IMG/VR virus record: IMGVR_UViG_3300021255_000309
Strand: one strand, 5' to 3'
DNA from: a virus
Length of the DNA stretch: 37,750 nucleotides
This document shows, piece after piece, positions 8,864 through 17,730 of this stretch. Under the pieces are notes generated by a model, which ran no database searches, had not been told where the DNA came from, and was given only the letters and a program-made list of their open reading frames with translations. Each line of letters begins with the position of its first letter. Within the stretch, counting starts at the first letter, position 1. The position numbers and the translations under genes were made by a program.

Positions 8864-9436
8864 ATGAGAAAGTTCAATTTACAGCTTTTTGATGCAAGCC
8901 GTGCGGCCCTGCTCAGAAATACCATCGCCGACTATTTGAAGGTGGGCGAGGCCAATGAGCTCATGGGCACCGGCTTCACAACTCTGGACGAGAGTCCCGG
9001 AGCACAGACGGACGACGAGACCTACATCAACGAGGTGACGTCTTCCTCTGATGTTACCAGCTACAAGACCGAGTTCGGATATGAGAGCCGCCTGATCCCT
9101 TCACAGAAGGCGATCCTCGCACTCTACAAGGACGGACGCGATCACCACACCGGAGACGCAGCTCAGCACGAGTACATCCGCGTGGATCTCTTCAACCCCG
9201 TGGGCGAGCCTACGATTGATCCTCAGACCGGGCAGGTCACCGAGGCGTTCTACAAGGCCCGCAAGTTCATCGTGGCCAACGAGGTCAAGGACTTTAAGGG
9301 CGGCGGCGGTGAGAAGATCGCAGTGTCCGGAACTCTTCACGCTGTCGGCGATCCTGTACAGGGTAAGTTTGATACCGTGAGCAAGCAGTTCACAGCCGGA
9401 GACTTCACCGGCACCTATGACGACGCCAACGGCTAA
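8864..9436 (+). CDS. Major tail protein (putative) with an N-terminal Prp-type motif
   Basis: 190 aa, AGGAGG RBS. Sits between the connector genes and the chaperone/tape-measure genes and is followed by a strong terminator. Begins MRKFNLQLFDAS. Confidence 0.6.
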   Translation: MRKFNLQLFDASRAALLRNTIADYLKVGEANELMGTGFTTLDESPGAQTDDETYINEVTSSSDVTSYKTEFGYESRLIPSQKAILALYKDGRDHHTGDAAQHEYIRVDLFNPVGEPTIDPQTGQVTEAFYKARKFIVANEVKDFKGGGGEKIAVSGTLHAVGDPVQGKFDTVSKQFTAGDFTGTYDDANG

Positions 9437-9491
9437 GTCATACAAGCAACCACTGGCGACGTGCGCCTGATCATAGACAGGAAACGACCAG

Positions 9492-9531
9492 GACAGCGTC
9501 ATGCTACAGCACGGCATGGCGCTGTCTTTTT
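9492..9531 (+). terminator. Rho-independent terminator after the major tail gene
   Basis: gacagcg...cgctgtc outer stem with an inner catgc/gcatg stem, followed by TTTTT. Confidence 0.7.
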
Positions 9532-9564
9532 ATAAGTGCTGACCAGTTAGGAGGACAACAGAAT

Positions 9565-9969
9565 ATGGATTTAATTATCAACGGCGTAACACTTCAAGGC
9601 GACCTCATGGATGCAGACTTCATGGATCTTTTTGAGTCTTCGATGATCGAGATGAGAGACAAGGCTCAGGCGGCCAAAACGGCAGGCTACACCAAAGCAT
9701 CCGAACACTATCGCGCACAGTGCGAAGTGACGAACGAGTGCTTCGACAAGATCTTCGGCGAAGGTACTGCAGAGAGACTCTTCGAGGGTCGCATGAATGT
9801 GATGGAACACCTCGAAGCCATGGAGCAGGTGAACGAGTGGGCCGCATCCGAGCGCAAGCGCTTGAACGACTTCACGAACAAGTACACCCAGCGCCAGCAG
9901 GCAGCGATCAGACAGCAGCAGGCCCAGCAGTTCGTCTCGGTTAAAGGCGGGCACAAAGGCAAGCATTGA
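9565..9969 (+). CDS. Tail assembly chaperone (gpG-like, putative)
   Basis: 134 aa, acidic and helical. Position is upstream of the tape measure gene. Confidence 0.45.
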   Translation: MDLIINGVTLQGDLMDADFMDLFESSMIEMRDKAQAAKTAGYTKASEHYRAQCEVTNECFDKIFGEGTAERLFEGRMNVMEHLEAMEQVNEWAASERKRLNDFTNKYTQRQQAAIRQQQAQQFVSVKGGHKGKH

Positions 9970-10577
9970 ACCTTCTGATCGATGGGCTACCTGAGGAAGT
10001 CGAGATCGCTGGCCAGACGGTCAGGATCAGCACAGGCTTCCGCACCGGCATCCTCTTCGAGGAGGTTCTCCAGGATCACAACCTGGACGACGCGGACAAG
10101 CTCCAGACAGCTCTCGAGCTGTACTTCCCCGGTGTGGTCTTCGACTACGAAGTACTACCTGAGGCAGTCAACCGGCTGATCTGGTTCTACCGATGCGGCT
10201 CGGATCCAACCGAGACGAAGGACACCGACGAAGCAGGCAGCGGAGAAGATCCGCCCTACTCCTACGAACATGACGCCGACTATATCTACGCCGCGTTTAG
10301 GCAAGCCTATGGCATAGACCTGGCGCGGGAAACACTCCACTGGTGGCAGTTTCGAGCTCTTTTTCGATCGCTTCCGGAAGACACTCAGATGGTGAAGATC
10401 ATCGGCTACAGGACGATGAAGATCCCGGCGAGTGCTACAACGGAACAACGGCAGCATTATGAGAAGATGAAGCGCATCTATGCGCTCCCGGAAGATGCTG
10501 ACCGGCTACAGCTCGAGAGTGACCTCAACACCCTACTAATGAACGGCGGAGACCCCTCCGCATTATTAAGACAGTGA
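9966..10577 (+). CDS. Gp15-like tail assembly protein
   Basis: 203 aa. TTG start that overlaps the previous stop. Lies in the -1 frame relative to 9565..9969. N-terminus LIDGLPEEVEIAGQTVRISTGFRTGILFEEVLQD resembles the phage Gp15 family. Confidence 0.5.
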   Translation: MNLLIDGLPEEVEIAGQTVRISTGFRTGILFEEVLQDHNLDDADKLQTALELYFPGVVFDYEVLPEAVNRLIWFYRCGSDPTETKDTDEAGSGEDPPYSYEHDADYIYAAFRQAYGIDLARETLHWWQFRALFRSLPEDTQMVKIIGYRTMKIPASATTEQRQHYEKMKRIYALPEDADRLQLESDLNTLLMNGGDPSALLRQ

Positions 10578-10578
10578 G

Positions 10579-13500
10579 GTGACGGTCATGTCAGCAGATG
10601 GCACTCTAAAATTTGACACCAGCCTGGAAACTGATGGACTACAGTCAGGCATGGGTAAGGTCGGAAGCATCGCCCAGCAGGCGCTGGGCGTGTTCACCGG
10701 CCAGATGATGACGAGAGCGGTGGACGCTCTCACAAACCTGGGGAAGTCAGCTCTCGAGAGTGTGGGCTCCCTGGAACAGAACATCGGAGGCGTTGAGACG
10801 CTCTTCGGAGACGCTGCGGATGCAGTGATCGCTTCGGCGAATAGAGCCTACGAGACGGCCGGACTCTCGGCCAATGACTACATGAGCACGGTGACGAGCT
10901 TCTCAGCTTCCCTGCTCCAGTCACTCGGAGGAGATACAGAAAAAGCGGCCCAGGTGGCAGACATGGCGATCATCGACATGTCAGACAATGCGAACAAGAT
11001 GGGCACCGACATGGGTGCGATCCAGAACGCATACCAGGGCTTCGCAAAACAAAATTATACAATGCTTGACAACTTGAAGCTGGGCTACGGCGGCACCAAG
11101 TCCGAGATGGAGCGCCTCCTGGCTGATGCTGAGAAGATCAGCGGCGTCAAGTATGACATCAGCAACCTGAACGACGTGTACCAGGCGATCCATGTGATCC
11201 AGGAAGACCTCGGCATCACTGGAACAACAGCAAAGGAAGCGTCAACGACTCTTGAGGGGTCGATGAACGCGGCCAAGGCTGCCTGGGACAACTTCATGAA
11301 CGGATCCGGCGATGCTCAGCAGCTCGCTGATGCTTTCAGCACAGCGGCCGAGAACATCGTCACCAACTTGAACGAGATCATCCCGAGACTGGCCGAGACG
11401 CTTCCGGCGCTCGTGACCACTCTGGCAGGGCAGATCCCCAGCATGGTGGCATCGATCCTTCCATCCTTAGGTCAGGCTGCTCTGACTTTGATCACAACCT
11501 TCGCGGATAATCTGACGAGCAACATCGGCTCGATCAGAGTGGCCGCATATAACGGGATCGAGAACTTCTGCAACGGACTGATCGAGGGCATCCCTCAGAT
11601 CATCCAGGGCGCCGGGACTATCGTCACCACGCTCCTGGATATAGTCAGACAGAACGCGTCCCAGCTTGTAGAGGCAGGCGTCACCATCGTGACGGAGATC
11701 GTCACCGGGATCGCATCCTTCCTTCCGGAGCTGGTCAACACCGCGATCCTGATCGTGGCCAACATCATCGAGGGGATTATAAATAGCCTGCCGCAGATCA
11801 TCGAAGCGGCGCTCAGTCTGATCAACACGATCATCGAGACGCTCCAGACGGCTCTGCCGACTTTGCTGGCGTGTGCGATCGAGGTGTTCACGGCCATCGT
11901 GGACGCGATCCCCGTCATCATCGAGATGCTCTTGCAGGCACTTCCGGATATTATCACGAACCTGATCAACTTCCTCGTCAGCGCGATCCCTCAGATCCTC
12001 GACGCGGCCATCACGATGCTGATGGCTCTGATTGAAGCGATCCCGACAATCGTCCAGGCGATAGTTGACAACCTGCCGCAGATCATCACGGCCATCATCA
12101 CGGGCATCGTGGGCGCAGTTCCTCAGCTGGCCCAGGCGGCGATCACGCTCTTCATGGCGCTGATCGATGCGATCCCTGACATCGTGGTGGCGCTGGTCGA
12201 TGCACTTCCTCAGATCATCACGGCCCTCACCACGGGCCTGATCGATGCGGTGCCGGCCATCTTTACAGCGGCCAAGGATCTGCTCTGGAATATCATCACG
12301 GCGATCCCTGAGATCGTGATCGGGCTCGGTGAAGCGGTGCCCGAGATCATCAACGGCATCGTCAACGGCCTGGCAAACGGAGCCTCGGCTCTATGGGATG
12401 CAGCCGTCAACCTCGGCAGCTCTATCCTGGGAGGCATCAAGTCCTTCTTCGGTATCAACTCGCCTTCGACCGTCATGGCAGAGCAGGGCGACTACCTCGT
12501 CCAGGGTATGCTCAACGGTCTCGAGTCGTTACCGGATAAAGCCGCCCAGGTATTTGAGGATGTACTCAACAGGGTGCTGGCGTGGGGTCAGAATATGGCC
12601 AGCCAGGCATCGACAGCGATCACCAACATGGTCAACAAGGTGATCAACATCGTCCAGACACTTCCGGGCAAGGTATGGACGCATCTGGTCAACACGATCA
12701 ACAGACTGATCCAGTGGGGCCAGCAGATGCTCTCCAATGCATCGACAGCGATGACCAACATGCTGAGCAAGATCAACTCGATCGTGCAGCAGCTTCCCGG
12801 AAAATTATGGACCCACTTCGTCAATGCAGTGAACAGGCTGATCCAGTGGGGTCAGCAGATGCTCTCCAACGCATCCACAGCCATGACGAATATGCTGAGC
12901 AGGATCAACTCGATCGTGCAGCAGCTACCGGACAAGGTATGGACGCACCTGGTCAATACAGTCAACAGGCTGATCCAGTGGGGTCAGCAGATGCTCTCCA
13001 ACGCATCCACAGCCATGACGAACATGATCAGCAGGATCATGAGCATCGTCCAGCAGCTCCCCGGAAAGATCTGGGAAGTGCTCAGCCAGGCAGCTCAGAA
13101 GGTTGTCTCCTGGGGCTCAGAGCTGGCTTCAAAGGGTGCGGCCGCGGCCAAGTCGCTCTTCGATGCGGTGGTCAACGGCTTGAAGAGCCTGCCGGACAGC
13201 ATCAAGGAGATCGGCAGCAACATCGTCCAGGGACTCTGGAACGGTATCAGCGGAGGCTGGGACTGGTTGAAGGAAAAGGTCAGCAACCTGGCCAAGAGCC
13301 TCCTGGATAGTGCGAAGAGTGCACTCGGCATCGAGTCGCCTTCCAAGGCGTTCCGCGATGAGGTCGGCAGATGGATCACTCCGGGCATCGATGAAGGTAT
13401 GGAAGAGACCATGCCGGACACTATCGACGCCATGAAGGACAGAGCCGGCGAGCTCGTCGGAGCTATGCGGGCAGAGATGAGCGCCTCAGTCGGTGGCATC

Positions 13501-13674
13501 ACCGCAAGCATGGCCGGATCCTCAGCTCACAGCATCGGCGGAGCCGGCACGACTGTCTACTACGACCAGCACATTGAGCAGGAGAACACCTACAACACGC
13601 CAGTGGCCACACCGTCCGAAGTAAGCAAGGCACAGCGCGAGGCTGCTCGCAATCTGTTTGGAGGTGTGAAATGA
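10579..13674 (+). CDS. Tape measure protein
   Basis: 1031 aa, the longest ORF. Helical and Ala/Ile/Leu-rich with internal repeats. Lies between the chaperones and Dit. Confidence 0.9.
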   Translation: MTVMSADGTLKFDTSLETDGLQSGMGKVGSIAQQALGVFTGQMMTRAVDALTNLGKSALESVGSLEQNIGGVETLFGDAADAVIASANRAYETAGLSANDYMSTVTSFSASLLQSLGGDTEKAAQVADMAIIDMSDNANKMGTDMGAIQNAYQGFAKQNYTMLDNLKLGYGGTKSEMERLLADAEKISGVKYDISNLNDVYQAIHVIQEDLGITGTTAKEASTTLEGSMNAAKAAWDNFMNGSGDAQQLADAFSTAAENIVTNLNEIIPRLAETLPALVTTLAGQIPSMVASILPSLGQAALTLITTFADNLTSNIGSIRVAAYNGIENFCNGLIEGIPQIIQGAGTIVTTLLDIVRQNASQLVEAGVTIVTEIVTGIASFLPELVNTAILIVANIIEGIINSLPQIIEAALSLINTIIETLQTALPTLLACAIEVFTAIVDAIPVIIEMLLQALPDIITNLINFLVSAIPQILDAAITMLMALIEAIPTIVQAIVDNLPQIITAIITGIVGAVPQLAQAAITLFMALIDAIPDIVVALVDALPQIITALTTGLIDAVPAIFTAAKDLLWNIITAIPEIVIGLGEAVPEIINGIVNGLANGASALWDAAVNLGSSILGGIKSFFGINSPSTVMAEQGDYLVQGMLNGLESLPDKAAQVFEDVLNRVLAWGQNMASQASTAITNMVNKVINIVQTLPGKVWTHLVNTINRLIQWGQQMLSNASTAMTNMLSKINSIVQQLPGKLWTHFVNAVNRLIQWGQQMLSNASTAMTNMLSRINSIVQQLPDKVWTHLVNTVNRLIQWGQQMLSNASTAMTNMISRIMSIVQQLPGKIWEVLSQAAQKVVSWGSELASKGAAAAKSLFDAVVNGLKSLPDSIKEIGSNIVQGLWNGISGGWDWLKEKVSNLAKSLLDSAKSALGIESPSKAFRDEVGRWITPGIDEGMEETMPDTIDAMKDRAGELVGAMRAEMSASVGGITASMAGSSAHSIGGAGTTVYYDQHIEQENTYNTPVATPSEVSKAQREAARNLFGGVK
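12583..13242 (+). repeat. Five tandem 132-bp (44-aa) repeats inside the tape measure gene
   Basis: The TGG of the WGQ motif recurs at 12583, 12715, 12847, 12979 and 13111, exactly 132 nt apart. The three middle units are near-identical (QWGQQMLSNASTAMTNML...LPGK.WTH.VN.VNRLI). Confidence 0.9.
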
Positions 13675-14591
13675 CAATAAATACATTACGCATAGAGCTG
13701 ACTTGCAACGGGAAGACCCTCAGCATGGGACCAGGCGAGGACATTGACATCACAGCAGTGTCCGGCCTGGAGTCTTCCGACCTCGAGATCAGCACATCAG
13801 ACAACGCGCTGGTGGATGGTGCATCGGTTGACGGTAAAAAGATCAAACCGAGACCGATCCGCATCGAGGCCAGCTTCAGAAACGCAAAAAACAACCCGGA
13901 GAACAGGGCCAGGGTGATCAAATTCTTCAATCCGAAGTACACCGGCAAGGCCCTGATTACCAACCTGGGCGTGAGCAGGAACATCGAGTACGAGCTGGAG
14001 GGGTGGAGCTTCAACAAGCAGGCCAACCTTGACACCAAGCTCAAGATCATGGTGGATCTGATCTGCCCGGATCCGTACATGCTAAACGTGGATAACTTCG
14101 GCAAGAACATGGCCAACATCAGCCCGCTCTTCGCGTTCCCGTGGAGAGTCCTGGCGTCTCGTGTGGCCATCGGCAAGCTGGACTATCCTCCGGAAGCTCG
14201 TGGGCTTCTCCTGGGAGGCATGACGATGGGCTACAGAACCTTGCACAAGGAGGTTGTGCTCTCAAACGATGGAGACGTTCCGACCGGAGTGCAGATCCAG
14301 TTCGTTGCTACCAGGGGAGCAGTCACCAACCCGAAGATCACGAACACCGGCACCGGTCAGTATATGAGGGTGAAGGTGGCCATGCAGCAGGGGGACGTCC
14401 TTCTGATCGATACAAACGACAGGCACCAGATCATCACCTTGAACGGCGTCAACTATTACCAGCACATCGACAGACAGAGTGAGCCCTTCAAGCTCGCCGT
14501 GGGTGAGAACTATCTGGAGTATGACGCAGACGAGAACTACACCAACCTGGACGTCAATCTGTTCTACACGCCGAAGTATCTGGGGGTGTAG
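13671..14591 (+). CDS. Distal tail protein (Dit, phage tail family)
   Basis: 306 aa, ATGA overlap with the tape measure stop. Position is canonical for Dit. Confidence 0.7.
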   Translation: MTINTLRIELTCNGKTLSMGPGEDIDITAVSGLESSDLEISTSDNALVDGASVDGKKIKPRPIRIEASFRNAKNNPENRARVIKFFNPKYTGKALITNLGVSRNIEYELEGWSFNKQANLDTKLKIMVDLICPDPYMLNVDNFGKNMANISPLFAFPWRVLASRVAIGKLDYPPEARGLLLGGMTMGYRTLHKEVVLSNDGDVPTGVQIQFVATRGAVTNPKITNTGTGQYMRVKVAMQQGDVLLIDTNDRHQIITLNGVNYYQHIDRQSEPFKLAVGENYLEYDADENYTNLDVNLFYTPKYLGV

Positions 14592-14594
14592 CCT

Positions 14595-15704
14595 ATGAAT
14601 TTAATAATTTTAGACGAAAACTTCGACACGCTTGGCATCGTCAGCGTGTTCAATACTTTGCTATGGGATCGGCGCTACTATGCGCCCGGTCTCTTTGAAC
14701 TTTACACTCCCGCCGAGTATTTTGAGCTGATGAACACCGGCCGTTATTTATACCGGAGCGATCGCACAGAGCTCGGCGTGATCCGAGAGGTCAACTTCGC
14801 CAGGGACGCAAAGGGCGCAAGGACAGCCTACTGCAAGGGCTACTTCTCGGAGGAGCTGCTCAACAACAGAGTGCTCAATACACAGCTAAACATGACCGGC
14901 ACACCGGAAGACATAGGGCGCTATCTGGTGCAGAAGTACCTGATCAACCCATCGGACTCCGGGAGACGCTTCCCAGAGATAAAGCTGGGAGAAGCGCATG
15001 GCCTCGGCACCAGCATCACCGTCACCTCGACGGGGGCGCACCTGGGCGACAAGCTCTACGAGATCGAGAAGACTCAGGAGCTCAGTCATCGGCTCATCTA
15101 CAACTACCTGACCAACGAGCTCTCCTTTGAGCTCTGGCAAGGCAAGGACAGAAGAGACAGCCAGGACGTGAACAGCTGGGCGATCTTTTCCGACAAGTTC
15201 TACAACGTCAAGAACGCGGTCTATGACAGGGACGAGTCAGACTGCAAGAACTTCGCCTACGTGGCCGGAGAGGGAGAAGGCGCTGCCAGGGTCATCGTTG
15301 AGGTTGACATAAGAGCCAGCCAGGACGAAGAACGCCGGGAGCTCTGGGTCGATGCAAGAGACCTGCAGAGCACATACCAGGACGAAGGTGGAACTGAGCA
15401 CACATACACAGCCGCCCAGTATAGGGAACTGCTCAGGCAGAGAGGGCTGGAGAAGCTCGCGGAGTACGAAAAGGTGGAGACCGTCAACAGTGACGTGGAT
15501 CCGGATGCGAACCTGGTCTACATGACCGACTTCGATCTGGGAGATCTCTGCACCTACAGATACATGGACGTCGGCATCGAGACCATCAAGAGGATCACCG
15601 AGATCCAGGAGGTTTACGAAGGAAGCAAGCAAACGCTCAGCGTTATCTTCGGCAACGACGCCACGACCAACATCGTGAAAATAATCAAAAGGGAGGCACT
15701 ATAA
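14595..15704 (+). CDS. Tail-associated protein (Tal-like, siphovirus Gp37-like)
   Basis: 369 aa. N-terminus MNLIILDENFDTLGIVSVFNTLLWDRRYY resembles the Gp37-like family. Follows Dit. Confidence 0.6.
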   Translation: MNLIILDENFDTLGIVSVFNTLLWDRRYYAPGLFELYTPAEYFELMNTGRYLYRSDRTELGVIREVNFARDAKGARTAYCKGYFSEELLNNRVLNTQLNMTGTPEDIGRYLVQKYLINPSDSGRRFPEIKLGEAHGLGTSITVTSTGAHLGDKLYEIEKTQELSHRLIYNYLTNELSFELWQGKDRRDSQDVNSWAIFSDKFYNVKNAVYDRDESDCKNFAYVAGEGEGAARVIVEVDIRASQDEERRELWVDARDLQSTYQDEGGTEHTYTAAQYRELLRQRGLEKLAEYEKVETVNSDVDPDANLVYMTDFDLGDLCTYRYMDVGIETIKRITEIQEVYEGSKQTLSVIFGNDATTNIVKIIKREAL

Positions 15705-15705
15705 C

Positions 15706-16683
15706 ATGGCTATGAGATACGGCTATTTTGACTCCGAGATCACAGGAGTCGACTCCGAGGGCATGCCTATCTTCGACAGAGCGGAGACTTCCGAGCTCTT
15801 CCGCCTTCTGTTCGCGAAGCTGCTCACCAACGGAGTGCTGGCCAGGCCAGCGGACTGCTTCCAGGTCCTCGCCGGTGACACCGGCCTGACAGTGAAGATC
15901 CGCCCGGGCTTCGGCCTGATCAACGGCGCCTTCGCCTATGATGCGGCGGAGGAGATCTACCAGCTGGAAACAGCACCAACGCAATACAGCAGGATCGACA
16001 GGGTCGTGCTCCGGTGTAACTACCTGGAGCGCTTGTGTGAGATCATCATCAAGACCGGAACTCCGGCAGCGTCACCCGTTCCGCCTGAGCTTTTACAGCC
16101 GGCAAGCGGTGACTACTACGAACTGGGCTTGGCACTGATCACGATCAACACCAACCAGGCGGTCATGAGTCAGAGCTGCATCCAGGACACGAGAGCGGAC
16201 AGCTCCGTCTGCGGATATATCACCCAGTTCATTGACAGCATTGACACTGAGGTCTTCTACGCTCAGTTCAATGCCTTCTATGCGGACTTCGTGGACCGTT
16301 CCGAGGCAAGCTATGACGAATTCCTTGATATGGCTCAGCAGGCCTACAACACCTACACGACCACGATCAACGACTACATCACAGACCTCGAAACAAGAGG
16401 CGAGGCAAACCTCACGGAGATCACTGAGAGCCTCAGGGAGTTCCAGAGGCAGAGCCAGAACGCCTTCAACGAGTGGTTCGCAAGCGTCCGGGATCTTCTG
16501 GATGAGGACATCGCGGGCAGACTGATCAACATCACAAACAACCACGAGGAGAGGCTGACCCTCACCGAGTACATGAACACCCACAACGACTACTTCGCGC
16601 CACTCATGGACGACGAAGGTCACGTGATCCTGGACGACGATGACAATGCGATCATGGTCGACTGGAAATATATGTATGCTTAA
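15706..16683 (+). CDS. Baseplate/tail fibre component (BppU-like, putative)
   Basis: 325 aa. Lies between the Tal-like gene and the fibre gene. Has a central coiled-coil-like segment. Confidence 0.45.
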   Translation: MAMRYGYFDSEITGVDSEGMPIFDRAETSELFRLLFAKLLTNGVLARPADCFQVLAGDTGLTVKIRPGFGLINGAFAYDAAEEIYQLETAPTQYSRIDRVVLRCNYLERLCEIIIKTGTPAASPVPPELLQPASGDYYELGLALITINTNQAVMSQSCIQDTRADSSVCGYITQFIDSIDTEVFYAQFNAFYADFVDRSEASYDEFLDMAQQAYNTYTTTINDYITDLETRGEANLTEITESLREFQRQSQNAFNEWFASVRDLLDEDIAGRLINITNNHEERLTLTEYMNTHNDYFAPLMDDEGHVILDDDDNAIMVDWKYMYA

Positions 16684-16704
16684 ACACTAAGGAGGTAAAA
16701 AGGC

Positions 16705-17670
16705 ATGACAATCGACATCGAAAACGGCAGACGCTTCAACGAGGAACCGCTCCTCGCGGCGGTCAGCAGCGGGGACGACATCATCCTGGTGCGACTCGCA
16801 AATGGCACCGGCGTCAAGTCCATCAAACTCGACACCATCAAGAGCTTCATCCAGGGCGACCTGTCTGAGCTCGACACAGAAGACAAGACCAGCGTGATCG
16901 CTGCGATCAACGAAGTCTTCGGACTCGCATCCGACAACGCTGACAACATTGAGATCCTTGACGGACTCATCGAGGCGCTCAAAGCGGACGGCGCTGCACG
17001 TGCGAACGCGCTCCCCTATGAGCATGACCTGGGAAATGCTCTCACAGCTGAGCAGTCCAGCGACATCAGGAGCGGCAAGTTCAAGCTCGTGAAGACCGGA
17101 GGCTACTGGACTATAAACGGCAGAAAATACTGGGCCGGTCATGCTGACTATCGTCTGCACTGCGGCGACACAGAGCTGACCACCCACCACATGCTCGTCT
17201 TCCCGGATAGATCGCTCTACAACGGAGTGATGAACGACTCCAACGTCGTGACGGGTGGATATTACGGCAGCAAGATGAAGACCTCAGGACTGGCCAATGC
17301 TCTGGCCACAATCAAGGCAGACTTCGGCGCTGACCACGTGCTTACTCACAGACAGCTGCTCACAAATGCAGCGGCCAACGGTGCAGCATCCGGCTGGGCG
17401 TGGTACGACAGCCAGATCGACCTAATGAACGAGTCCATGGTCTACGGACACGAGGCATGGAGCTCCGCTCCTGGTTACGACACCGGCATCGACAAGAGCC
17501 AGCTCGCGCTCTTCCAGGCTCGTCCTGACTTGATCACGAACAGAGAGAACTGGTGGCTCCGTGACGTCGTCTCCGCGGCGACCTTCGCGCTTGTCTACGG
17601 CGCCGGCGATGCGAGCGACTCCGGCGCGTCGGCCTCTCTCGGCGTTCGCCCCGCTTTCCTGATCTATTGA
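16705..17670 (+). CDS. Tail fibre/receptor-binding protein; DGR target 1 with a C-terminal variable lectin-like domain
   Basis: 321 aa, GGAGG RBS. Fibre-like N-terminus (TSVIAAINEV). The C-terminus WWLRDVVSAATFALVYGAGDASDSGASASLGVRPAFLIY contains VR1. Confidence 0.8.
   Translation: MTIDIENGRRFNEEPLLAAVSSGDDIILVRLANGTGVKSIKLDTIKSFIQGDLSELDTEDKTSVIAAINEVFGLASDNADNIEILDGLIEALKADGAARANALPYEHDLGNALTAEQSSDIRSGKFKLVKTGGYWTINGRKYWAGHADYRLHCGDTELTTHHMLVFPDRSLYNGVMNDSNVVTGGYYGSKMKTSGLANALATIKADFGADHVLTHRQLLTNAAANGAASGWAWYDSQIDLMNESMVYGHEAWSSAPGYDTGIDKSQLALFQARPDLITNRENWWLRDVVSAATFALVYGAGDASDSGASASLGVRPAFLIY
17567..17658 (+). repeat. DGR variable repeat 1 (VR1)
   Basis: 92 nt align with the TR at 18365-18456. 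There are 19 mismatches, all at TR adenines. Confidence 0.9.
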
Positions 17671-17679
17671 TCGAACATC

Positions 17680-17701
17680 CGCGGGGCCTCCGCGCCCCGC
17701 G
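17680..17701 (+). promoter_or_regulatory. GC-rich hairpin downstream of VR1 (candidate DGR target-recognition element)
   Basis: cgcggggc-ctccgc-gccccgcg forms an 8-bp stem with a 6-nt loop. It lies within a 29-nt block (17677-17705) that is identical to 31449-31477. Confidence 0.65.
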
Positions 17702-17730
17702 CATCAAGTAATCAAGGGAGCAGGTGAAAC

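Noticed and set aside
9945-9969. Programmed -1 frameshift joining the chaperone ORF 9565..9969 to 9966..10577 (a G/GT-type arrangement).
   Set aside because: The downstream ORF is in the -1 frame, but that frame is open only from 9945. That 25-nt window (aggcgggcacaaaggcaagcattga) contains no X-XXY-YYZ slippery heptamer. An independent TTG-initiated or translationally coupled gene is equally consistent.
12582-13310. 242-aa alternative-frame ORF inside the tape measure repeats.
   Set aside because: It is a by-product of the 132-bp tandem repeat keeping a second frame open. It has a low-complexity Gln/Asp/His/Pro sequence and no RBS.
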